Positions 30,017 through 40,513 of a DNA stretch of 64,000 bases are shown piece after piece. The position numbers were made by a program, and so were the translations under genes. Each line of letters opens with the position of its first letter. Within the stretch, counting starts at the first letter, position 1. Origin of the DNA: Candidatus Bathyarchaeum tardum. GTDB lineage: Archaea; Thermoproteota; Bathyarchaeia; Bathyarchaeales; Bathyarchaeaceae. The stretch covers positions 1,536,001-1,600,000 of the forward strand of contig CP122380.1 in the NCBI GenBank assembly GCA_024650005.2. The letters run 5' to 3'. The notes below the pieces were generated by a model. That model made no database searches. It was not told the DNA's origin and worked only from the letters and a program-made list of their open reading frames with translations.

Positions 30017-30970
30017 TTGAGTGAACTAAAAGTGACGGTTTGTACCCTGTGCAAAAGAAATGATGCAGTTTTTGGCCGTAGTTATTCAGGAGAGAAACTG
30101 TGCAAACGATGTTTTTGTAGAACCGTCGAAGACAGGGTAAGAAAAACCATTGCAAGATATGACATGTTAAAGCCAATAGACGAGTTCATGCTGGCAGTTT
30201 CAGGAGGCAAAGACAGCATAACTTTACTGCACATTCTTGCCAAGCTTGAGAAAGGCTTTCCTGGAGTAAAATTTTGCGCTGGAACAGTTGATGAAGGTAT
30301 ACGAGATTACCGGGATGAAGCACTAAAAATTGCCAAAGACAACTGCAAAAAACTGGGAATAGACCATGTAGTTGTGTCTTTCAAAGAACTTTTTGGTTAT
30401 GAACTGGACGAAATTGTAGAATTAATAAAAAAGAAACAAAAGAAGGGATTAACAGCATGCAGTTACTGCGGAGTGCTACGGCGCAGAGCCCTTAACACCT
30501 TAGCTAGGGAGAAGGGTTTCAAAAAACTCGTTACTGCTCACAATCTTGATGATGAAACCCAGACCATGCTTCTTAATGTGATTCACGGTGACCCTTTTCG
30601 AATTGGCAGGGCTAAACCTGTTTTGAATGTTATTCATCCCAAACTTGTGCAACGGGTGAAACCGTTATGCATGGTTCCAGAAAAAGAAGTCGTGTTTTAT
30701 TCTTACCTTAAAGGAATCGAGTTTCAATGCATAGACTGCCCGTACGCTCAAGATGCCCTAAGAAACGACATTCGAGACATGCTCGGACGAATAGAACATA
30801 AGCACTCTGGAACATTATTCACTGTTTTCAAGTCCATGGAAAAACTTCAACCCGCATTGGAAGATTACATAAAACAAACAAAATTAACAGAATGCAAAAT
30901 ATGTGGAGAACCAACAGTTGAAGACATTTGTAGACCCTGCGAAATGCTCCAAGAAATAAAGGTACTTTAG
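30017..30970 (+). CDS. tRNA 2-thiolation protein, TtuA/Ncs6 family
   Basis: SGGKDS PP-loop, CSYCGVLRR, AHNLDDE, CPY, terminal Zn fingers. Confidence 0.92.
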   Translation: MSELKVTVCTLCKRNDAVFGRSYSGEKLCKRCFCRTVEDRVRKTIARYDMLKPIDEFMLAVSGGKDSITLLHILAKLEKGFPGVKFCAGTVDEGIRDYRDEALKIAKDNCKKLGIDHVVVSFKELFGYELDEIVELIKKKQKKGLTACSYCGVLRRRALNTLAREKGFKKLVTAHNLDDETQTMLLNVIHGDPFRIGRAKPVLNVIHPKLVQRVKPLCMVPEKEVVFYSYLKGIEFQCIDCPYAQDALRNDIRDMLGRIEHKHSGTLFTVFKSMEKLQPALEDYIKQTKLTECKICGEPTVEDICRPCEMLQEIKVL

Positions 30971-31025
30971 AATTTATCGAAAGGTTCTTTTTAGTCAAAA
31001 ATATCTTGAAAGGCAGTGAACTTTA

Positions 31026-31469
31026 TTGACCGTGCTTTCTGACGTAGAAATCTTAGATGCCCTGAAAACAGGAGAACTCAAACTGGAACCTTCCGACCTT
31101 TCTAGCTGCTTAAACCCTGCAGGATACGACCTTAGATGCGCCCAAGATGTTGTATTGAAACCTAAACAATACGTTCTTGTGGCAACCCTAGAAAAAGTCG
31201 AACTAGGACTAAATCTTGTTGCTTTTATGCACATACGTTCTTCCCTTGCCAGGGAAGGAATTATAGGAAGTTTTGCGGTTATCGACCCAGGATTTCGGGG
31301 TCAACTAACATTGCACCTAAGTAACGTCAGCGATAAAGAAATCAAATTCCACAGAGGTGAAAGAATCGTCCAGATAGTTTTTCACCACTTAAGTAGCACA
31401 GCAAAAAATGGATATAATGGCTCATATCAAGACAGCCAAGGAATAGTAACAAGCAAACGAAAAAAATAA
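31026..31469 (+). CDS. dCTP deaminase-like trimeric dUTPase
   Basis: PAGYDLR, RSSLAREG, DPGFRG, GERIVQ, Y.G.YQ; deaminase Glu replaced (LTLHL). Confidence 0.75.
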   Translation: MTVLSDVEILDALKTGELKLEPSDLSSCLNPAGYDLRCAQDVVLKPKQYVLVATLEKVELGLNLVAFMHIRSSLAREGIIGSFAVIDPGFRGQLTLHLSNVSDKEIKFHRGERIVQIVFHHLSSTAKNGYNGSYQDSQGIVTSKRKK

Positions 31470-31630
31470 CAAAAAAGCTGTATTCAACATTGCAGCATTA
31501 TAAGAATACTAAAAATATGATTAGTGTCCAGCTCTTGGACAATCATGGGATAACCCAACATAATGTCTTATGGCGCAATACATAAGATATTCATTAACCA
31601 TAAATATTGCAAACAAGAAGGAGTAAACAC

Positions 31631-32788
31631 ATGCAACCAAGGAGCAAACGTCAGAAGCTGTTCGTAGCTTTTTTCGCGGTCTTATTATTGTTGCTTTTGC
31701 CCATCCCATGCTTTGCTGAACCATACGAACGCAATTACCAACTTTTAGACAGCCCAGACGGCTCAACTAGTTATCGCTTAACAGTTTCAATAACAGAATC
31801 CCTTTACGAATACTATAAGAGTAAAACCCATTTAATGCCAAATTACGACTTTTCGATGTTTGTTACACCAGATGCACTGCAACCGATAGCAGACGACCTG
31901 TGGACAATATATGACAACCAAGAAGATTTCGCCAATGGAGTGCTCATGTTAGTGCACCAGATTCCATACGTTGAAAGCGACCCCCAAAAATATCCGGTAG
32001 AAGTCATGGTAGAAAACGAGGGAGACTGCGACTTGTTTTCCATAATCGCAGCGTCTATAATGAAAGCAGGAGGACTGGACGTAGTTTTGCTCTTGCTTGA
32101 ACAACATGACCACATGTGGGTAGGAGTAAACCTCCCAGAAAGCCCAAAGGATGCCCGTTCGCAAGTGTATTTTTACAGGCATGACGGAAAAAAATACTAC
32201 GTAGCCGAAACTACAGGAGGAAACTGGGAAAAAGGATGGCGAGTTGGAGAGTGCCCAGAAATTCTGCAAAGGGCAGCAGCCCAAGTAATTCCCTTAACAA
32301 ATTATGAAATATCAGCCCCGAGCCAAGTTTCGTCGGGCTATTCAGTTCCTGATCCTTCAGAAATTTTGATGTCCCTTTCTACTAGTTTGGCAGTATCCCA
32401 AAACAGCATAGAAATATCGGGATCCCTTACTCCCGCGTTAGCAGGAAAAAAAGTAACATTATACGTCAGTTCATTAGGTTCAGCGTTATCCAGCCTAGCA
32501 ACTGTGTTTACAGACGCCAACGGCAACTATTTCTATTCATGGGAATCCCCAAACGGAGGAATATACTCCCTGAGAGCCAACTGGTCAGGAGATGAAAACT
32601 ACAGCGGCGCAGATAGTACCACCTTCAGTTTAGTTGTAGTTCCACCAAGCATACTTATTCTGGGGGGTAGCCTAATTTTTGGTTTAGTTGTTCTTATCAT
32701 AGTAATGCGAGCAAAAAGAACCCCAGTATCTGAAGGATACGAAACATACGAAGAGTTAGAGTTCGAAGAATACCCTGACGATGCATGA
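31631..32788 (+). CDS. Secreted, membrane-anchored transglutaminase-like protein with Ig-like domain
   Basis: Signal peptide; GDCD, HMWVG, ETT triad pattern; TDANGNY Ig-like segment; C-terminal TM helix. Confidence 0.75.
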   Translation: MQPRSKRQKLFVAFFAVLLLLLLPIPCFAEPYERNYQLLDSPDGSTSYRLTVSITESLYEYYKSKTHLMPNYDFSMFVTPDALQPIADDLWTIYDNQEDFANGVLMLVHQIPYVESDPQKYPVEVMVENEGDCDLFSIIAASIMKAGGLDVVLLLLEQHDHMWVGVNLPESPKDARSQVYFYRHDGKKYYVAETTGGNWEKGWRVGECPEILQRAAAQVIPLTNYEISAPSQVSSGYSVPDPSEILMSLSTSLAVSQNSIEISGSLTPALAGKKVTLYVSSLGSALSSLATVFTDANGNYFYSWESPNGGIYSLRANWSGDENYSGADSTTFSLVVVPPSILILGGSLIFGLVVLIIVMRAKRTPVSEGYETYEELEFEEYPDDA

Positions 32789-32845
32789 AAAAAACTTATG
32801 TAACAAACAAGAACATAACAATGCAAAACATCAGAGCAGAAAACA

Positions 32846-33517
32846 ATGAGGATACGAATTGACTCGGAAATAAAAACCCGTTTTCCAGACCTGACAGCAC
32901 TAGTGGTTCACATTGATGGGGTTAGTATCCAAAAACAAAAAAGTGAACTGGAAAATTTCAAACTCGAAGTAATTAAACAGATAAATCAAGACTTCGACCT
33001 AGAAACAGTCAAAGACCATCCAACTTTCAGGGCATATCGCGACTTTTTTTGGACCATAAAAATTGACCCAACAAAAAACCGTCCAGCATCAGAAGCTCTA
33101 ACTCGAAGAATACTGGCAAAAAAACCGATTCCTTGCATAAACACTCTAGTTGATTCTTATAATTTGGCGTCCATCACAAGTCAAATCCCCCTTGCAACGT
33201 TTGATTCCGACAAACTGGAAGGTGAAATTTTCATGCGTTTCGCCAAAAAAGGAGAACAAATCTTGGGAATAGGAATGAAAAAACCAATGGAACTACAAGG
33301 AGAAGAAATAGTTGTTAGTGACAAAAAAAAGCTCATAGCAGTTTATCCATACCGAGATTCAGACAACACCAAAGTAACAGAGCAAACAAAAAACGTTACA
33401 ATAGTAGTTTGTGGAGTCCCAAAAATATCTATAGAGTCACTAGAAAAGGCTACCCGAGTTGCAATTGAATATGTTACTCGTTTTTGCGGAGGAAAAAAAC
33501 AAAAACAACTAAGCTAA
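32846..33517 (+). CDS. B3/B4 domain protein (PheRS-beta editing-like)
   Basis: YRDFF..IDPTK.RPASEAL, INTLVD.YN, YPYRDS. Confidence 0.88.
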   Translation: MRIRIDSEIKTRFPDLTALVVHIDGVSIQKQKSELENFKLEVIKQINQDFDLETVKDHPTFRAYRDFFWTIKIDPTKNRPASEALTRRILAKKPIPCINTLVDSYNLASITSQIPLATFDSDKLEGEIFMRFAKKGEQILGIGMKKPMELQGEEIVVSDKKKLIAVYPYRDSDNTKVTEQTKNVTIVVCGVPKISIESLEKATRVAIEYVTRFCGGKKQKQLS

Positions 33518-33609
33518 AACAAAAAATTGCTTTTCGGAAAAGTCAAGATAAACATTTATAGTATTGATGTGTGTTAGTATCCTCATCAGTTTCAGGGTAT
33601 TAGAAAGTT

Positions 33610-33981
33610 ATGAACGAAGAAACGAAGATACAAAATGAAGAAACCCAACAACTTAATGAACCCCAAACTGAACAAGCAAATAAACTGTCTATAGACAAAC
33701 CTTCTGATTTTAAATTCCATGCAGCTTATCTTGCTTATTCAAAAACTTGGGACAAAGTTGAATCATCAAACACTAAAGAAGAGATAAACTCCATTCTGGT
33801 AGCTTTGTCAAAAGACGAAATGGAATATGAAGACTTCTACAAAATGTTAGACGAATTCAGAAGGCAAGGCTCTAAACATTACGAGTTCTCCAGGCAAAAA
33901 ATCGAAACCCAAAGAAAACGAGACTGGAGACAAAAACAAAACCGCAGCCAAAGAAACCAAAGGCACAAAGGACGACACTAA
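33610..33981 (+). CDS. Hypothetical protein with basic C-terminus
   Basis: 123-aa ORF with TATA-like element upstream. Confidence 0.65.
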   Translation: MNEETKIQNEETQQLNEPQTEQANKLSIDKPSDFKFHAAYLAYSKTWDKVESSNTKEEINSILVALSKDEMEYEDFYKMLDEFRRQGSKHYEFSRQKIETQRKRDWRQKQNRSQRNQRHKGRH

Positions 33982-34140
33982 ACGTCTCCTTTTCTGCTAC
34001 AAAATTTGTTTTAATGCTTTTTGTTTTTACATTCGGATTTTGATACGCTCTAATTATTAAAATTGAAACTCTAGTTTTTTGCTTGGATTAACTTAAAAAA
34101 TAAAAATTGAGAAAAAGAAAGGAAAAAATTAACTTTTTTC

Positions 34141-34752
34141 CTAGGAATTATTTTGTTTTTTGTGACCTACGATAACGAAGGCTGATGCAATCGTTGCAAG
34201 GGCAACTAACAGAACTGCTGCGCCCATTGTCGGAGTTTCAGTTGATATTGTTTTTGGTGCAATTAGAGGTTGAGAGTTTTCTTCGTTGCCTACCTGGGTA
34301 ATTCCAAGATCTGAGCCGTCTTCAGGTTTTACAAAATCACTTGTTTCATCTCCATTTCGAGGCAATTCCTCAGTATCAGGCAATAGTTGCTGTCCATTAT
34401 CGTCGATTGAAGTAATTCCGAGATCAGAACCATCTTCAGGGCGTACAAAATCAACAAGTTGATCTTCAGTTTCAACCAAGTCTTCACGACCCTGCAATAG
34501 TTCTCCAGGTTCAGCAATTGCGGTAATTCCAAGGTCTGAACCATCTTCGGGTTTTACAAAATCAACTTCTTGGTTAGTTGTTCGAACAAAGTCCTCAGTA
34601 GGCAGAGGAAATGTTGCTAATTTATCAATGGTTTCGGATGTGGCTTGCACCATAGAGATTGCACCAACTTGTAGAATTGTGGCAATCATTAGTGTGCAAA
34701 TTAATATTCGTGTCAGTTTTGTCTTTGAAAGATTTGCTTTCATTTTTTTCAC
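34141..34752 (-). CDS. Secreted, C-terminally anchored protein with three DFV(K/R)PEDGSDLGIT repeats
   Basis: Signal peptide, acidic repeats, C-terminal TM helix plus basic tail. Confidence 0.8.
   Translation of the reverse strand: MKKMKANLSKTKLTRILICTLMIATILQVGAISMVQATSETIDKLATFPLPTEDFVRTTNQEVDFVKPEDGSDLGITAIAEPGELLQGREDLVETEDQLVDFVRPEDGSDLGITSIDDNGQQLLPDTEELPRNGDETSDFVKPEDGSDLGITQVGNEENSQPLIAPKTISTETPTMGAAVLLVALATIASAFVIVGHKKQNNS
34297..34563 (-). repeat. Three 42-bp coding repeats (34297-34338, 34411-34452, 34522-34563)
   Basis: Near-identical 14-aa unit with synonymous codon differences; 114- and 111-nt spacing. Confidence 0.9.
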
Positions 34753-34947
34753 AAGCTAACTCTTTACGCAAAAATCACCTTTTATCCCATGCATTAGAAC
34801 AACATAGACTAACCTTTAGGCCAAAGTGTTCTACTTTTTGGACGCTAACACTACTCATTTTTAAAACTGAGTTGCTTGTTCTGGGGGGTTCTAATATGCG
34901 AATAAGTAAGAAAAAACAATGAAAAACAAAAATTATGGGGGAAAGCC

Positions 34948-35469
34948 CTAAAGAAACGCTAGCCACCCGATTACTACAAAAAAAACCTGAATTAAACCAA
35001 GAATTAAAAGAAAAAGCAGTAATTGCAAAGTAATATTGATTGATTCTTTTGTGTTCAATTTTTCTTTTTTTATATAATAAACTAAGATTGTTAAACCAAA
35101 TAACCCAACTAAAATTATAATATAGTTAAAGCCTATTGTGTCAACGAGAAATGCGTAATTAAACATCACTAACGAAAAATTGTTCAAACCCAAAAGGATG
35201 CTGATCAATCCTATGGTGTAACTGAAAGTTTTTCGAAGAATACAAGATAGAAAAGGTACAAAGATCGCATTAGAAAATAAGTAAATAGGGATAAACCAAA
35301 CGGAGATTGAAATTAGCTCGCCCAAGATAGGGTTTGTTTCTGTACCAATGTTTAAACCCACAAAAAGCAAAGTTGATAACGTATCTACAAAAACTGCAAA
35401 AAACAGTAACAAAACTGGAAAATCAATTATGTAAGTTAATTGATATAAATTGAACCTGTGACTTTTCAC
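34948..35469 (-). CDS. Multi-TM hypothetical membrane protein
   Basis: D.LST....G.E.NP motif (DUF5658-like). Confidence 0.55.
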   Translation of the reverse strand: MKSHRFNLYQLTYIIDFPVLLLFFAVFVDTLSTLLFVGLNIGTETNPILGELISISVWFIPIYLFSNAIFVPFLSCILRKTFSYTIGLISILLGLNNFSLVMFNYAFLVDTIGFNYIIILVGLFGLTILVYYIKKEKLNTKESINITLQLLLFLLILGLIQVFFVVIGWLAFL

Positions 35470-36098
35470 AACAGAGAATGGATTTTAGGTAAAATAAATT
35501 TTTTTTAAAAAAAATGGTTGACCGATAGCTTCCTTTTACATGCGTACTCGTGCGTGTTTTTTTGTTGAGAGAAGATAGTAGGAGAGAATGGGATTAGAGA
35601 GAGAGTTAACGAGCGAGAGAATCCTATTGGCTTTGGAGTTAAAATTTTAAAAAAATAAAACTGTTTTTGATTTGACATACTGCTTTTTGAATTCCCTGAT
35701 TCTTTTGTGACGTGACCTTCAAGGGCATTCAGCCTGAAAAAATAATTTTGATGTAGAATCAAGTGGGTTTCAGTTTGAAATCAGTTTGGTTTCAGAATGA
35801 TCTCAGAAAAGGCAGTTGAATAATAACACAATATTACATTACTATATTATTAGAGCGGTTTTAGTAACCGCCTATTTTTCTGAGAATAAAAATAGAATGT
35901 GTGTTGTTGAAAAAGGATATTGATAAAAAAAATCTAATGTCATCTAAAGCGATAATAAATTAATTTATAATCTAGTATAAACTCGAACTGTCTTCAGATA
36001 AAATTTCATCACCAAGTATTAGTCTAGCTTTGAATGAAGAGGTCCCTCCAAGATAGGCAAAACCGTAATAAAGAGTTGTATTAATTTTCATTTCGCTC

Positions 36099-36950
36099 CT
36101 AATTCGAGAACTTCAACTGAAATTTCTTTCTATAAACTGCAACTGTAACTGTAGCAATCAAGAACAGCGGTAAAATAATCCATGAAGGAAACTCTGCAAT
36201 AGAATCGATGTTTTCTTCAACGATTATTGTGTAACTATTTATTAGACCCGAACTAATTTCCAGATAAAATGTTCCACTTTGGTTAAGCAATTCAACACCA
36301 TTTCTGTTTCCACCGGGAGGCTCAGTTATTTTATTGAAATACGTGGTGGATTCTCCTTCTTTGTATGTGGTTACATGTAACGTATGCATCTCAGCAAAAT
36401 GCCAATGTCCAGGATCAAATTCCCACCTGATTCGCCATTCAGCGTGGTCACACGCAAAAACTTCTGTTATAAATCCTTTAGATCCAATAAATCTTGTCAC
36501 TTCAACCCAATTATCCGAGGGAGTATCGGGAACATAACCCATGCTTTTTTCAACTCTTACAGTGAAATTTTGTGTATTACAGCTTAATTTTAGACAAAAA
36601 ACACCTTGCTCATGAAAATACCTAGTTTGCTCATCACCATTATGTATTCCCGTACGAGATATTTGGATTAGTTTATCATCCCCTGAAACTCCAGTATTAA
36701 CATTAATTGTTAAACCTGTTTTATCTTCGGCAACATCGGTTCTAGGCTCGTATTCCCACACAATTCGCCAAACACAAACAGAAGAGCTAATGTTGAAAGG
36801 CTCTATTTCATACGAGTTAAGGACGTCTCCCGTAACTCTATCCACTTCAACCCAATTCCAATTCTCTGAAGAAGCACAAACAACGTTAGGCGCACAGGTT
36901 AAAAGGAATAAAACAGTCACCAATGAACTGAGAATCATTAAATTCTTCAT
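36099..36950 (-). CDS. Secreted protein with duplicated beta-domain and PEF-CTERM-like tail
   Basis: Two NWVEV.R..G...WRI.WE..P repeats; IAEFPSWIILPLFLIAT...YRKK tail. Confidence 0.75.
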   Translation of the reverse strand: MKNLMILSSLVTVLFLLTCAPNVVCASSENWNWVEVDRVTGDVLNSYEIEPFNISSSVCVWRIVWEYEPRTDVAEDKTGLTINVNTGVSGDDKLIQISRTGIHNGDEQTRYFHEQGVFCLKLSCNTQNFTVRVEKSMGYVPDTPSDNWVEVTRFIGSKGFITEVFACDHAEWRIRWEFDPGHWHFAEMHTLHVTTYKEGESTTYFNKITEPPGGNRNGVELLNQSGTFYLEISSGLINSYTIIVEENIDSIAEFPSWIILPLFLIATVTVAVYRKKFQLKFSN

Positions 36951-37246
36951 TATTTTTCTAATATTGCTGTATTTAGAAAACACAAAAGGCTTTTTGTCAA
37001 GAAACCTTGACCACAATCAGCTTCTAATAAGTCAAGAAAGTTTGACCACACTTCTTTTCTTATTTTTTATTTTCAGTATGCTCTCTGCTTTCAGTAAGTT
37101 CTTTCCAACATAGTTTTTAAGAAATCAATTTGATGTTAGTTACTTTGGAAGACTTGGATTCGGTTTAGTTCCTTCAATGGCAATATGCAAAACGAATGAA
37201 ACAATTAACAATTGTTATAAGATTTCAAACAAGAAAAAATTCACAA

Positions 37247-37696
37247 TTAAATTCTAGTAACAAGAACTGGGCAAGTGGCTTTTTCAAGTACTCCACTACT
37301 AACGCTGCCTAACAGTAGTTTTCTTATTGGTCCCTGACCCCTAGCGCCCATTGTTATTAAATCAAATTTACCCAATTCTGCTTTTTCTAATATTTCGTCA
37401 ACAATATTGCCTTTTTTAAAAACGGTCTCTACAGAAAGACCCTCAATTAATACTAATGCTTTGCTCATTTCTAAAAGATTGTAGGAGTCCTCGGGGATGT
37501 CTTCATCAGAAATTGTGTGAGCCTGTTTTCTTCGAATTTTTCCAGTAATCCCCGACCTTTTGTATTTTTCACTTGCTTCAATGATGTGAATTAATGTCAA
37601 TTTACTGTTAAATTTTTTTCCAATTTCAATTGCAACTTGAAGTGATTTCTTAGAAAAATTTGAATAGTCTAAAGGAACAAGTATTTTACTAAACAT
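37247..37696 (-). CDS. uspA: Universal stress protein
   Basis: KILVPLD.S, MGARG, LLGSVS, CPVLV. Confidence 0.92.
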   Translation of the reverse strand: MFSKILVPLDYSNFSKKSLQVAIEIGKKFNSKLTLIHIIEASEKYKRSGITGKIRRKQAHTISDEDIPEDSYNLLEMSKALVLIEGLSVETVFKKGNIVDEILEKAELGKFDLITMGARGQGPIRKLLLGSVSSGVLEKATCPVLVTRI

Positions 37697-37801
37697 AAAT
37701 TATCACATCAAATCGGCATAACAATTAGCATTAAATAACATAATAGCTCCGAACATAAAAAATTTTTCAAAATTTGAAGTTTAAATAGGGTGATTATTCC
37801 C

Positions 37802-38800
37802 TTATAGTTCCTCAATTATTGCATCTGTAACTTGCCCAGTTGACGAAGAGCCACCAAGGTCTGGAGTCAACACTTTTCCGTTTTCTAAAACAGACAACAA
37901 AGCAGTTTCTACCCGTTTTGCCCAACTAGTTTCCCCAAAATAGTCCAACATCATCTTTGCAGCCATAATAGCAGCCATAGGATTAGCTATGCCTTTTCCA
38001 GCAATGTCAGGAGCGGAACCATGAACAGGCTCAAACAAAGCGTAATCTGCTCCAATGTTAGCACTAGGAGCTAGACCTAAGCCGCCAACAAGTCCTGCTG
38101 CTTCATCAGATAAAATGTCACCAAAAAGGTTTGAGGTTACAATTACGTCGTAAGCTTGGGGTTTCATAACAAGGTTCATTGCTGCAACATCAACAAGTAG
38201 TTCATTCATTTCTACTTCAGGATAATCCTTTGCAATACCACGAGCAACTTCAAGGAACAACCCATCAGATTTACGCATAATGTTGGCTTTAGTAACAACG
38301 GTCAACTGTTTTCGGCGTTTTAATGACAACTCAAAAGCATACTTTACAATCCTCTCAGTTGCTTTTCGAGTAATAACACGCACTGAACAAGCAGCATCAG
38401 GTAACTCAAACTCCATTCCGCTGTACAATCCTTCGGTATTTTCCCGTACAATAACTAAATCCACGCCTTCAAAACCGGTTTTCAGAGGTAAACTCTTCGC
38501 AGGTCGAATATTTGCATAAAGATCAAAAGCTTTACGCAGGGTTAGTATTGCGCTTTTATATCCTGGAACACCTAGAGGTGTCGTTGTTGCTCCAAACAAG
38601 CAAGCTTGGGTGTTGTTTCTCATTTGATTGATTACTTCGTCAGGAACGGAATTTCCAGTTTTTTTGAATACATCGTAGCCAATTTCAAAAGTTTGGCAAT
38701 CAAAAGTTAGATCGGTGCTTTCCAGTAACCGAATCGCTTCGGGAACTACTTCATGTCCGATTCCTGAACCAGGAATTACTGCCAGCTTATACGTTGTCAT
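37802..38800 (-). CDS. Homoisocitrate/isopropylmalate dehydrogenase family
   Basis: GIGHEV, VRENTEGLY, NLFGDILSD, EPVHGSAPDIAG; lysine-cluster context favours HICDH. Confidence 0.9.
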   Translation of the reverse strand: MTTYKLAVIPGSGIGHEVVPEAIRLLESTDLTFDCQTFEIGYDVFKKTGNSVPDEVINQMRNNTQACLFGATTTPLGVPGYKSAILTLRKAFDLYANIRPAKSLPLKTGFEGVDLVIVRENTEGLYSGMEFELPDAACSVRVITRKATERIVKYAFELSLKRRKQLTVVTKANIMRKSDGLFLEVARGIAKDYPEVEMNELLVDVAAMNLVMKPQAYDVIVTSNLFGDILSDEAAGLVGGLGLAPSANIGADYALFEPVHGSAPDIAGKGIANPMAAIMAAKMMLDYFGETSWAKRVETALLSVLENGKVLTPDLGGSSSTGQVTDAIIEEL

Positions 38801-39272
38801 AGCCGTCGCTTCGGAGAAATTCCACGAGCCCTCCTTTTGCAACAATCTTTTGCATAAACTCGGGCAAGGGCTTTACTGTAATAGTGATGTTTTTGGTTTT
38901 GTTTAAAATTTCCCCTGTTTTGGTCTTGACTTCTACTTCGTCGCCATCATCGATTTGGTCAGTATCTTCGGACACATACAAGGGCAATCCAATGTTTATG
39001 GAGTTACGGAAAAAAATTCGAGCAAAAGACTTAGCAATTACTGCACTGATTCCAGCTGCTTTTATTGCTACCGGAGAATGCTCACGAGAAGAGCCACAAC
39101 CAAAATTGTTTCCCGCAACGATTATGTCGCCTTCAGCTACGTTTTTTCCAAACTCTGGACGATATTCTATAAAGGCGATTTCACCTAACCGTTTTTTGTC
39201 TGTTGTTACGGTATATCGTCCGGGCGTTATTACGTCAGTGTTTATGTCATCTCCAAATTTCCATGCTCTCAT
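38787..39272 (-). CDS. hacB: Homoaconitase/isopropylmalate isomerase small subunit
   Basis: DDINTD.I, NFGCGSSREH, SFARIFFRN. Confidence 0.85.
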   Translation of the reverse strand: MRAWKFGDDINTDVITPGRYTVTTDKKRLGEIAFIEYRPEFGKNVAEGDIIVAGNNFGCGSSREHSPVAIKAAGISAVIAKSFARIFFRNSINIGLPLYVSEDTDQIDDGDEVEVKTKTGEILNKTKNITITVKPLPEFMQKIVAKGGLVEFLRSDGYDNV

Positions 39273-40507
39273 ATGTAATCCCTCGGATCAACAATCTTTC
39301 CTGCCAACGCAGAAGCGGCTGCAGTAGCAGGAGAACCTAAAATAATATCAGCTTTAGGAGAACCCATGCGGCCACTAAAGTTACGGTTCTGAGTTGAAAG
39401 ACACACTTCCCCTTCACCTAATACTCCACCGTGGCGACCCACACATGGACCGCACGTAGGATTACAAACTGTAGCACCTGCATCAACAAGAGCTTGCAAG
39501 TAACCCAGTTCAAGGGATGCAAAGTATATGTCTTGAGAAGCAGGAGTAACTAACAACCGCACGTTTCGTGCAACTTTTTTGCCTTTCAAAATCTTGACGG
39601 CAATTTCTATGTCTTCTAAGCGTCCGTTAGTGCAGGTTCCAAGAAAGACTTGGTCTATTGGTTTTCCTTCAACTTCGGAAACTGCAACAACATTATCAAC
39701 TACAGGAGGCAAAGCAACTTGAGGCTCGATGTCTTCAACTTCAATTTCAAATTCGTCATCGTAAGTAACGTTTTTGTCGCTCTTGAAAATTTTTCCTGTT
39801 CTTCTCCCCAGAAAATCTAGGGTTTTTTGGTCAGCTTCGATTATGCCGCTTTTACCACCCATTTCTATTGCCATGTTACACAAAGTTAAACGTGAAGCAA
39901 CAGATGCTTTTTTGACGTAATCACCTGTAAATTCGCAAGCTTTGTAAAGGGCACCATCAGCACCAACATCCCCTACAATACTTAAGATAACGTCTTTTGC
40001 GTAAACACCTTTTTGGGTTGACCCAGTTAAATTGAATTTTAAGCTTTCGGGAACTTTGAACCAACATTTTCCAGTGGCCATTACTCCACCAATATCAGTT
40101 GAACCCAAGCCAGTGGTGAAAGCACCTAAGGCACCTTCAGTACAAGTATGAGAGTCTGCTCCGACTACTACGTCCCCGGGGGAAACATATTTTTCAACCA
40201 AAAGCTGGTGACAAACACCATTAGTGTGAAATCCTGAAATGTTTTGTTCCATTACAAAGTCCCGTGACTTTTTGTGCAATGCAGCACCAGCTACAGTTGG
40301 AGCTGGAAAGAAGTGGTCAAACACAATTATTACACGGTCTTTGTCGAAGACTTTATCGGTTATTTTGCTAAAAGCTTCAATCGCCAAAGGCGTAGTTGAA
40401 TCGTGAGCCATCACGTAGCTCACGTCTGCTACTACAAAATCCCCAGCGGTTACCTCTTTTTGATGGGAAGCGTTAGCCAAAATTTTTTCAGTAATTGTAG
40501 AAGGCAT
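39269..40507 (-). CDS. hacA: Homoaconitase/isopropylmalate isomerase large subunit
   Basis: DSHT, GTCTNGR, CGPC, NRNF.GRMG. Confidence 0.85.
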   Translation of the reverse strand: MPSTITEKILANASHQKEVTAGDFVVADVSYVMAHDSTTPLAIEAFSKITDKVFDKDRVIIVFDHFFPAPTVAGAALHKKSRDFVMEQNISGFHTNGVCHQLLVEKYVSPGDVVVGADSHTCTEGALGAFTTGLGSTDIGGVMATGKCWFKVPESLKFNLTGSTQKGVYAKDVILSIVGDVGADGALYKACEFTGDYVKKASVASRLTLCNMAIEMGGKSGIIEADQKTLDFLGRRTGKIFKSDKNVTYDDEFEIEVEDIEPQVALPPVVDNVVAVSEVEGKPIDQVFLGTCTNGRLEDIEIAVKILKGKKVARNVRLLVTPASQDIYFASLELGYLQALVDAGATVCNPTCGPCVGRHGGVLGEGEVCLSTQNRNFSGRMGSPKADIILGSPATAAASALAGKIVDPRDYI

Positions 40508-40513
40508 AGTTTT

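Noticed and set aside
34297-34563. Repeat-spacer pattern resembling a CRISPR array
   Set aside because: Repeats are in frame within a CDS, differ at synonymous positions, have about 70-nt spacers, and no cas genes are present
35505-35800. GA-rich tract and 85-aa ORF
   Set aside because: Low-complexity sequence without a convincing structure or coding signal
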